A DNA stretch of 59,743 nt, the filler included, from Dirinaria sp. TL-2023a (lineage: Eukaryota), in the NCBI GenBank assembly GCA_051941275.1. It is 3 parts of 3 records of this genome, joined end to end, with 100 filler letters (N's around TTAATTAATTAA, not from the genome) between each part and the next. Parts side by side here need not be neighbours in the genome. Positions count along the whole stretch, not along the records: positions 1 to 19,865 come from JAVEBF010000309.1; positions 19,966 to 39,816 come from JAVEBF010000310.1; 1 more part is not named here. One strand, 5' to 3'. Shown in pieces: positions 12,902-23,200 of this stretch. The notes beneath the pieces are model-generated. The model was not told the DNA's origin and made no database searches. It was given only the letters and a program-made list of their open reading frames with translations. Every line of letters starts with the position of its first letter. Within the stretch, counting starts at the first letter, position 1. A program made the position numbers and the translations under genes.

Positions 12902-14622
12902 ATGTCTGGCACCAACCCTTTCCGCCGTAAGAACATCGTCCAAGATAACTCCGGCGCTTTACGCCAGGTGGAGGATGACCGCTTTACCCAGAGTTCTGGA
13001 GCCCAGACTCCATCGATAGATACTGGTTAGACCCTTTCCCTTGGACATTGAGAATGCTCCGAGAACCATTCAGACTGAAGCGATTAGATGTACGCAAATC
13101 GTCCAAGAAAACGGTCCGGATCATCTCACCACACTCTACCAGCTCAGATAACGGATCTCGCATGCCAGAGGTGCTTTTCAGCCCGCCGCCACGTTGGAAT
13201 AGCCCTCGCGAAACCGACGCAGATTCGGTAAATGGAGCTTTGGCCACGCTACCTGACGATCCATTCAACGCCGAATCTGATGATGAAGGTGTCACTACTG
13301 AAGACGAGAACCTGAGGAGGAATACTATAAGCAATGCGCGTCCTGAGTATGCAGACGAGGCAGCGGGATCAACTAGACCTTCGCGTGTTGGTGGAAAACC
13401 TATTGCGCAGGTTGCCGTCGGAATGGCTTTGCCAGAAGAAGGAGAGAGCTCTATATCTGGACTTGCAGATGCAGGAGCCAAATCCAAGCCCCATTATAGT
13501 GTGGACGAGTTCACGAACCTCCTGATGACTGGCAAGAGACAAACCTTGGATGGCACTACGGCAACCACTCCGCCGGTCACATCAATCACTTCTCCTACCC
13601 TCGGCGATAGCAGTAGCAACACCGACTCTTCCTCTATATCACGGCAATCGATGTTTGAACCTTCATCTGACGCTCGTCAAGAAACACCAAGAACATCTCA
13701 CGAGCTGTCTCTTTCGGATGAAGAAAGGCAGAATTTAGTAAAAGCCTCGCCCATTAAACGCTCCAAGCCGACGGCGCCTAAATCGCATCATGGAAAGCTT
13801 GTGTCTGGAAACGCTTCACAGGCGGGCTTGCCCAGAGAACCATCTTCACCCGCTACCAGTATCAGAAGCAAAAACGCAGTAGCTGGGCCGTTTTCACCTA
13901 GCCCTCCAAGAACGCCGACTGATTTGAACAAACCTCTACCTCCCCCACCAACACGAGAAGCCATAGAGAACGTTCCGCTAGCCTCTCAAATCTCGCCGGA
14001 TACTGAAGTTAACTTTTCCACACCAAACCAGAAAAAAGAGCCTCCAGTGCCACCTTCCGCTCGGAGACAAGGCCAGCCAAGACCAAAATCAATAGAGGGG
14101 AAAGCCGATCGATCTGTCCTCGTCCCAGAGGTTGACTCTTCAGCTCCTGAAAAACCCTCGTTAGTTTCATCAGAACTAGGGGGGAAAGCACCGCCTCCTC
14201 CTCCACCGCGGAGGCCAGGCCCTATACGAGGTCTATCAACTTCCAGCAGTACCTCCTCGATGTCAATGATCCCAACACCTAGTTCGAGCGTTTTCTCGGA
14301 TGAAATCAAACTTAGTGCATCGAAGAACAAACCGCCGGTGCCTCCAGCCCGCAACCGCGCCGGGTCTTCTGCCAAAAGACAGTCGACCTTACCAGCTCCA
14401 ATGGGCTTTTCAGGAATGCCACCAGCCCCACCACCTAGAAGGCGTGGATCAAGTCAAAGCAGCTTTAGCCCTTCGCAATTGAGTGCAGAGTATCAACCCT
14501 CGATCACTGAGCGTCAACGGGCTGATTCTGGAGCGTCAAGTATTCAAAGCAAGGACGTCATGGCCGATCTGTCAGCATTGCAGAGGGAGGTTGATGAGCT
14601 ACGTGCCACATTTGGGACCTAA
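12902..14622 (+). CDS. Uncharacterised Pro/Ser-rich protein, 2 exons: 12902-13025, 13088-14622
   Basis: Starts MSGTNPFRRK; in-frame intron 13026-13087; several PxxPxR motifs; C-terminal amphipathic helix DVMADLSALQREVDELR. Confidence 0.8.
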
Positions 14623-14884
14623 TCTAAATGGGTCGGACCAATTTCTGTTTTGAGAGAGGGAGGACTTTGGTTTCTTTAGTAGCCCACGGGACCTCAAGGA
14701 GTCCTTGGCGTTGTCAGGGCGCAGTACGACAACGGTCGGTGCAGCCAGGATGCACAATATGTCATACGAAGCACTGAGCGCATGAAATGATAACCTGTAT
14801 AGAGTCAAAATCCACTAAATCTTCTACATCTTTCCCGGACGCCGAGTGCTGCCCGCCACACTGTGTACACAGACGAAATCCCTG

Positions 14885-16030
14885 TTAATCCGCCAACCTC
14901 CATGCTGTTAGCTGAATTGCTCGTAGGCCAACCAGTCAACATACCTATAGCTAACCAGGGTATCCACTCTGTGGTTACTGGTACTAAAGCTCCGTAACTG
15001 CACCTTTTCCCCATTTCTGATTTCTTTAGCATCACTATCACCCCACTCGATCGGTACATCTGAGTCTGCATCTGCGTATACAAGGACATTGAATGTACAA
15101 TTGCCATCCAGTTGAGGGAGAAAAGTCACAGACGCCGTTATCTGGCGGAAAATGGCTTGGATCTCGGCTTGGATTTCTTTCTCCGTCTTGTCTGGTGGAG
15201 GGGCTTCCTCCCTAGCCGCACAGGTAAGCAATCTGTACAACACCGCCAGCAATGACAGCTACGACAGACAAAAGTACGAGCGCTGATGTATTCGGGGCTT
15301 TTAGGATCGAAAGCAATCTTACTCTGGTGCAGCATTCTCTTTGTCTGGGGTTCTCTGTGTACTCCCCTTTTTGGCGGGCTTGTTGAACATTTGAACCTAT
15401 TACATTGAGTGGAAGTTCATGCAACCATATATTAGAAAGCTTACGTCAAATTGCCAGCGTTCAACATGTTCGCCTGTCTCCTTACTGGTAATGACTACGA
15501 CAAGCTTGGAGATCTTCCCCCCAGTCATCCATCTGTTGAGCTGAGACATGATCTTATTGATGTACGCTTTGACTTGATCATCCGAGGTGACTGACTCCCT
15601 TTAGCTAGGTTTTTCACCCAATGAAAAAAAACATAGCGTACCAAGCATGTTGAGGCCATATTTCTTGACGCTTTACAGAGAAAGTTAGAGTGCATCACCA
15701 ATGTTCTGGCTTTGTCGTGCGTACGCTGTGAAGTCCTCTGCAGGATATACTCCACGTTGGAATCTTTCGAAAAGTTAGTGTGGGATCCAAACAATCCGAC
15801 TTTGCGGGACTCACAGAATGGTATTAATTGAGTACTCGAACTGATCCGATTTAATGTCAGTTTCTGCATCGATGTTTGGCATTGAAATTGTCCTACAAAT
15901 TCGGCGATAAGCTTAGAGGACCCTATCATTGTCAATCGACGTTTTTCTCACAATAGTCCTGACACTCACCTTTCAAGGATAGCTTATGTACTCTAGATTT
16001 GTCCTTTGATTTCTCCTTTTCAGAAGACAT
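14885..16030 (-). CDS. MAD2: Spindle assembly checkpoint HORMA protein Mad2, 9 exons: 16030-15970, 15922-15897, 15840-15815, 15763-15725, 15670-15642, 15590-15445, 15396-15323, 15211-14945, 14897-14885
   Basis: Spliced product [33 protein letters not shown]...KKYGL...VERWQFD...IFRQITASVTFLP...VQLRSFST...VSYRLAD; eight GT-AG introns. Confidence 0.96.
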
Positions 16031-16108
16031 GGTGCTCTCAATAACTCATCTCGAGATCTTTGGAAGCTGCTGTCCTATATGTTGTAGCTGGCACTGGCAA
16101 ACAGTACC

Positions 16109-16140
16109 TTAGGGTTGTTGGTGGAGAAACAGAACCCTAA
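16109..16140. promoter_or_regulatory. Inverted TTAGGGTT / AACCCTAA pair (telobox, Tbf1-like sites) in the MAD2/GUF1 bidirectional promoter
   Basis: TTAGGGTT at 16109-16116 and its reverse complement at 16133-16140. Confidence 0.4.
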
Positions 16141-16238
16141 AGCTCAGGGTTCCCCATATCTGACCCGAGGCGACCCTACCTTAGGTGGACATTCACTGGT
16201 CATTCGCCGAGTTGAACAGAGGAGGCTGCAGTGGACTG

Positions 16239-18315
16239 ATGCGCTCGTGGACTGGGTTACTTCGCAACGCTCAGTATGTAGCAAGATCTTCTCAGTATCT
16301 GCCTCAATTGCATTTCAGGCGAAATCTCCATCCCTCGCCGCCTAGAAAAGGACTATCAAAAAAGGCCACCGACTTAGAGGAAAGGATATCCCAGATCCCA
16401 CTCGACCGCTTCCGAAACTTCTGCATTGTCGCCCACGTCGACCATGGCAAAAGCACGCTCAGCGACCGTTTACTTGAGCTTACAGGTACCATCGCACCAG
16501 GGGGCCAGAAGCAGATCTTGGACAAGCTTGATGTCGAGAGGGAGCGCGGCATCACAGTCAAGGCGCAGACATGTAGTATGATATACAACTACAGGGGCGA
16601 GGACTATCTATTACACCTCGTGGATACACCTGGCCATGTCGATTTTCGAGCCGAAGTCTCACGTAGCTATGCCAGCTGCGGAGGAGCGCTACTGCTGGTG
16701 GATGCTAGTCAAGGCGTTCAGGCGCAAACAGTAGCAAACTTCTATCTCGCATTCTCACAGGGACTTCGATTGGTCCCAGTTGTCAACAAAGTCGATTTAC
16801 CCTCGGCAGATCCTGCTAGGGCTCTAGAACAAATGCAAAGTACATTTGAGCTCGATCCCCAAAAAGCTATTCTCGTCTCTGCAAAAACAGGCTTGAACGT
16901 TGAAGCTATACTGCCTGCGGCAATTGGACAAATACCAGCGTGAGCATTCCGACTGAAAGCACTACCATTAGTATCGGGCGCTGACCAATACAGACCTACT
17001 GGAGACTCGATAAAACCTCTGCGTATGCTTTTAGTAGACTCCTGGTATTCAACCTTCAGGGGTGTCATTTTACTCGTGCGGATATTTGATGGCCGCATAA
17101 AAGCTGGAGATCAACTTATATCTTTTGCAACAGGGTTGAAGTACACTGTAGGTGAAGTGGGCATCATGTACCCTGATCAGACACCCCAAGCATCGCTGAG
17201 AGCCGGCCAATTGGGTTATGTCTTTTTCAATCCCGGCATGAAACGAAGCCAGGAAGCGAAAGTAGGAGACACTTACACAACTGTCGGTTCAGAAAAGGGT
17301 GTCGAACCATTACCTGGGTTTGAAGAGCCGAAACCTATGGTCTTCGTTGCGGCTTTTCCGGTCGATCAAGGCGACTACGGGCACTTGGAAGACAGCATCA
17401 ATCAACTGACTCTGAATGACCGCAGTGTCACTGTCCAGAAGGAGTCCTCCGAAGCATTAGGAGGAGGATGGAGGCTTGGATTTCTGGGTACCCTCCACTG
17501 CTCTGTCTTTGAGGATCGCTTGCGACATGAACATGCTGCTTCCATCATTATAACCCCACCTACTGTGCCATTCAAGATTCTCTGGAAGGACGGAAAGGAA
17601 ATGATAATCAGAAATCCCAACGAGTTTCCCGAACAAGATGAAACGCGGGAGCGAGTGTCGGAGCTGCAAGAGCCGTACGTGACAGCAACAATAACCCTTC
17701 CGGACGAGTACCTTGGTAAAGTCATCGAGCTTTGTGAGGGTAATCGAGGTGAACAGAAGGAGCTCTCATTCTTCACAGCGTCGCAGGTTATTCTGCAGTA
17801 CGAGCTGCCGATGGCACAATTGGTAGACGACTTCTTTGGGAAATTGAAAGCAGCTACGAAAGGTTACGCTAGCCTCGACTATGAACAGGTCGTCTACCGG
17901 AAAAGCAACATCACAAAGCTCCAGTTACTGGTGAACAAAGTCCCTGTGGATGCTGTGGCTCGTGTCATTCATACGTCTGAGGCGGAAAGGCTAGGGCGGC
18001 TGTGGGTGACTAAATTCAAACAGTACGTTAGTCGCCAGATGTTTGAATACGCCATACAAGCTGCTGCTGGAAAGAAGGTTGTGGCTAGGGAGACCGTAAA
18101 GCCGTTTCGAAAGGATGTGGCGTCCAAAGTGCATGCCAGTGATGTGTCCCGTCGGAGAAAGCTGCTAGAGGCACAGAAGGAAAGAAATAAGAAGCTGAAA
18201 GGTTAGTTCAATGCAGCATTATCTTGAGCGATATATTAATTGAGCGCCTGCTCGTACAGCTGTTGGCAACGTCACGATCGATCCCAAAGCTTTCCAATCC
18301 TTCCTGGCTAAATGA
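16239..18315 (+). CDS. GUF1: Mitochondrial translation factor Guf1 (LepA/EF4), 3 exons: 16239-16939, 16994-18201, 18260-18315
   Basis: [46 protein letters not shown] and a LepA-type C-terminus; Arg/Ser-rich presequence-like N-terminus. Confidence 0.97.
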
Positions 18316-19394
18316 TTCATCTTACCCAGAATGGAGGAACTTGAATTGCGCAACAGAAAGCTCGCCGCATATTACATATTTAGCATGAGTGGCACAGTTG
18401 TATACCATCCCTATGTCCGGGGTGGCCTAATTTAATTGGAACCGACTAGCCCTGCAAAATGAGCCAGGAAATTCTCATTCGGGTCACATGCTTCCCAGGC
18501 TGTCGCAAAGAGTAAGACGAGGAAGCTTGCATGACGCCGGCCGCGGTCAATGTGAAGCCTTCTGTTCGGCACTTTGCCATCCTATTTTCGAAGCTATCAA
18601 ATTTGCGGTCACTGCTTGCTACTATACACTATCTGCGAGTCGTTATTTGCCGCTCCGTGCACTCTTCCACGGGATGTATGCAATACGACCACGGTTCCTG
18701 GTGCAGCATTCAAGAAATGTTCCGAGAACACCAGATGTCAAATTCGCAGCCAAGCGGTCGGATGGCAACTTTGAAACCATGCAATCGCCGCTAATTCTTC
18801 CCCAAATCGATAGCCATAGGAGGAGACTAGGGTTCTGCTACTTTCGGCCGTCTAGCTCGGCTTGTTTTGATCGCTTGCTACGTAGCAAGATAGGCCAGGC
18901 GTCCATTGTCCGCAGGGCCTTTTGAAGGTATTAGGAAGAGAGAAGGACACTGAGTGAGAGAAGACTTGATAAATCAAGGTATTAGTCACTTCATCCTGAC
19001 TGGAACGGTGGAAGAGCGTTTCCCAAAGGAAAGTGGTCGTTGAGTAGTGGGATCCGGGAATCTTTCTGGCTTGACGCTACCATTCATCGAGTATACCCAG
19101 TGTCGGTTTAATGCCGCTAGGATTAGTCGTCCGACTGTGCTCAAGCATGCTACAGGTCTTCAGAGATAAGAATGGGGTAATTCACAAGCCGACCTATCAT
19201 GTGTTGACTACATTCTGCTGAAGCCGTAAAATCTCTTATTGGTAGGCATCGCTAAAGCTTCCAGCCGGCGATGAGGAATATGAAGTAATGCTAATGAAGG
19301 CACCTTTGAGATGTATAGCTTAGATTGATTCATGATTGCCAGATGATTGATTTAAATATAAAGTATGGCTCTGTACCCGTAGGCGTCTAAGGTA

Positions 19395-19847
19395 CAGTAC
19401 CTCCGCATAAGTCTACGTCCAACCCCTATTTTACACCAAAACCGACCTTCTGCGCAGTTACCAAACCACCGTTAGATATTTCTGTAATTTTTCAAACTTT
19501 CAAAAGTTTCAGATATTTACTCTATCTAAAACTCCACTTACTCAGAATTTCAAAAACAATACTCTGTTTCGAACAGCATGCTCATGTATGCGACCGTAAG
19601 TAAAAATCACGATTTTCCCATACAAATTCGAGCATTTTCAACCATGCATTTACTCTCGCGCACACTACAAACATCAAAGAATAGCAATCAAAAATCTGAA
19701 TGGACAGAATAACGTAATCTGCTAAATTCTACAACTTTGTCTGCAGATAAAAAATTTTGTTAACTGTAAAGTTTTTGGTGTCGCCTACGAAGTTGATGGG
19801 TTTTGGTGTAAAAAGGGGGTTAGACGTAGACTTTTGCGTTAGTACTG
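19395..19847. mobile_element. Non-autonomous Tc1/mariner-type DNA transposon (MITE), 453 bp
   Basis: 49-bp terminal inverted repeats (19395-19443 and 19799-19847; 42/49 identical by manual alignment) starting CAGTAC, TA on both flanks, AT-rich non-coding interior. Confidence 0.85.
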
Positions 19848-19865
19848 TATGTGAATGGTGGGCCC

Positions 19866-19965
19866 NNNNNNNNNNNNNNNNNNNNNNNNNNNNNNNNNNN
19901 NNNNNNNNNTTAATTAATTAANNNNNNNNNNNNNNNNNNNNNNNNNNNNNNNNNNNNNNNNNNNN
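19866..19965. other. Artificial contig linker (N44-TTAATTAATTAA-N44)
   Basis: Palindromic 12-mer with stop codons in all six frames, inside an N run totalling exactly 100 bp. Confidence 0.97.
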
Positions 19966-20262
19966 ATATTAGGTAGGTGGGTAGATTAGTTTGGTGGATT
20001 TCTCATTATTCGTAGAAGGAGGAAGATTCTGGTTGTGGTGCTGGTTGATGGTTGGTATTGCATCTAGTATGTAAGTCACTCTTTGAGCACGAATGGATTT
20101 TAAAAAAATTTCTTTTTTTTCTCCCCTCAATCTGGTATCCTCTATCTACTTGTTGTGATGATGATGGTGGTGGAGAGGCGTGTCAAGTGTTCCAAAGAAC
20201 ACAACAACAAAAAAAGCAAAAGAAAAAAAAAAAAACAAGGCGGTTTCAATCTGTGCAGCACT

Positions 20263-23200
20263 TCATTTCGGGGGCGTCTTGCCCGGCGCGCCCATCCGCA
20301 TCTGCTTCATCTTGGCCACGAACTCGTTCTCCCTCAGGTACTGGGAGTAATCCGTCTTGTCCTCCTCCGCCTGCGGCTTCCGCTTGGGCTCCACCTCGCG
20401 CCCGCACTCCGGGCAGTCCTTGAAGACGTGCCCGGAGTACGGGTGCCCGTACTTGCAGTGGCGGAGGCAGCCGACCTCGTGCCCGGCCCACAGCTTCCAG
20501 AACTCGTTTGCCTCTTTGTTGTAGAGGTCGATGCCGTGGCGGCGTTGGCTGGCTGCTTGTTTGACCGCCAAGCAGCTTTGTTGGAAGATACCCGCCGTGT
20601 CCGGGTATTGTTGGCACAGCTCCAGCATTCTGGATGCTGTGGCTTGGACATCGACTCCGCTGGCGGCGCGGAGGGTGGACAGGATCGAGTGGATGCTTAT
20701 TTGGATAAGCCGGAGTTCTACCTCAAGACGTTTGAGGTTTTGGGTGGCGCATCGCTCGATCGACGTGTTCAGCTCTGCGACCTTCTTCTGCGACTGGTTG
20801 ATGATTAGAGCACGCAACTCCTCAAGAAAGATCTCGGTGTGTTTTGAGCGCGGCTGTAATTTCTCCAGCTCCTGCACCATGTACAGCCCCTCCTCTAGAA
20901 TTATCAATCTGCAACGGTCGTACAGGGACTCCGCTCGTGCTTTGAACGGGAGGGTTGCGGTTTCAAAATCACCTTCTTCAGACGTCAAAAGCGGAGCGGG
21001 CTTTGCTGATTGCAGGAATGGGCGAGGCTTCCTCGGAACTACCCAAGAAGAATTTTGGCGTTCTGCCAACTTTTGCTCCTTGATTTGCCGTTGGATCTCT
21101 CGCGTCATAGCTGTGTCCGCATAGTTGCCTTCCTCGTACTCGTCTGAATCAGATCTTGGAGTTCCAGGAGACTTTGCTCCGGGAGAGAGAGTTTGGGGGA
21201 GCGCGGCGGGCGGGACTAGCTGCGTAGTCGAGATATCATATCCGGATAGAAGATGCTGCGACCAATCCGGACGGAGCAGAGTTACCAATCCGTCGTGACC
21301 GACGAATTTTTCCAAGTCGGACATGCTCTGTTCGAATGGAAGAATGACATTGTCTCTAAATTCCAAAATACGAGACTCGGTGTCCTCTGTCATAATGCCT
21401 CGAAGTCGGACGAGGTTCTTGTTCGTCATGCCTCCGAGTGGACCAGGTACTAAACGTCGCACAAAGTCTTTCCGATTCCCCTTGATGTCTTTATTTAAGT
21501 AGTATATCCTCGACATAAACGGGTTCAGTTTCTGGCCGAACATAACATATAGCTCGTCTAACTGTTTCGAGAGATTCTTCAGTTGCTGTGCGCTTGAGTA
21601 CCGTTTAATGTCTTTGAAGGGCTCGCCACAGCTGGGGCATGTCATTATTCCTTCCCATTGCTTTATAGCTGCCGCATTAGGATATTCGATGATACCTGAA
21701 TCCGTGACTTGAAATAGTGTCTGGACACCCACCCAAGCATCTAACGTGTCGACATTCACTGCATGGTTGCAGGGGAGATAAATCTGTTGGTGGTCACAAG
21801 GCTTACCAGTAATGCATTGAGAGCATGTTGCTGGGCATTTCTCATCTTCAAAGGAGGGGCATAGATGGCCACAACCCAGAACCTGTGTGCACGGATTGTT
21901 TGAAGCCATTTTAGTGCAAGGTAGACTGCAAATTGCAGAGCAACCCTTTAGAGACTGACAAGGCTTGGTACATGGGTTCGCGACATAGCTGCAATCTTCC
22001 CAACGGTCGTCATCGTTGTTGTCATTGTCATGATCGCAGGAGATTTTGCAGCTAACTTGACATGGAGGGCAGGCTCCTTTATGGCACGGACTTACGCATT
22101 CGTGCCCGCAGTCACCAAGTCGAGAACATTGACCTGTGCATCTAGAATGCTCCTTGTTGGCCTCGCAGTCACTGCAACGACCGGAGCACGAGTGACCACA
22201 TTGAAGAATTGTTGCACAAGGTTCTTGACAAACCACTGAGGGTCTCTCGGCGCTGCATATTTGGTCGATCGAATGTCCACAGCGCAGTTGGAAAGTTGCG
22301 ACAACGGCTTGGCATTTGGGAGTGATACCTGCCTGTTTCTCCTTGCACTTTAGGATCTGGCTATGGCCGCAAGGTAATTCCACAGAGCCTAGATCTTGAT
22401 CGCAATCTCCACAAGGCTCGCCACACGATTTCTGACATTTATGGCCGCAAGCAGCATGATGCTTGGCGCACTTCTGATCACACGACTTTCTGTCATGGAT
22501 GCTATGAGTGTGACATCTGTCTTTGCAGATATGCCCGCAAGGCAGTATGGCACCACATTTGATTTCGCATGCTGGGACCTGGCTGAAACCTTCCGGGTGG
22601 CGGATTTGGTATCTTGGGTTGGGATGCCTCGAGCAACATGCTTGGAAGCTTCCTCCAATCTTGTGTTGTTTCGTCAGGAGATCTATTATCGACCTCCACA
22701 TGCTAACATTCTGCATCAGCGAAGCATTGCCGACAATATAGAGGCCATGTTTGGCACGACTGCATGCGACGTTGATCCGATTGAAAGATTTTAGAAAGCC
22801 GACTCGATCATCGATGTTGCTCCTCACAAGGCTGAGTATAACGATCTTGGCCTCTTCCCCTTGAAAGTTATCGATAGTTGCAAGACGGAGCATTTTTGAC
22901 ATGTCAAACTTCGTCCTTCCCTCCTTATCGGTCTTGATCGCGTCCCCGACATCGAGATCTAAATCACGAAGATCCATGAGAGCCTCTTTATCTTTTTCAA
23001 TTAAAAAGGTCTTGCACTCGCCTCGAAGCTTTTGTTTCAACGCTTCAAGCTGCCCATTATATGGCGTAAGAATAGCGATATCCCCGAAGTTGTACTCATT
23101 GGTATGCACAAGATATCTAACCATGGCGCTGATCATATCAGCCTCAAATGTATTGGCGTATGACGTCGCGAACTGTGAACGAGGGTCAGGGCGATTTTCG

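Noticed and set aside
5283..18315. H1-EXO1-ECO1-MAD2 as a dedicated chromosome-maintenance cluster
   Set aside because: Unrelated genes are interspersed; ordinary microsynteny is sufficient without comparative data.
18488..18925. 145-aa ORF and overlapping short ORFs after GUF1
   Set aside because: No recognisable motif or coding bias; cannot be supported.
19910..19921. TTAATTAATTAA palindrome as a biological motif
   Set aside because: Six-frame-stop linker inside Ns, repeated identically at 39861-39872.
20155..21124. 217-aa and 197-aa plus-strand ORFs
   Set aside because: Antisense to the GC-rich end of the helicase; high GC3 suppresses stop codons.
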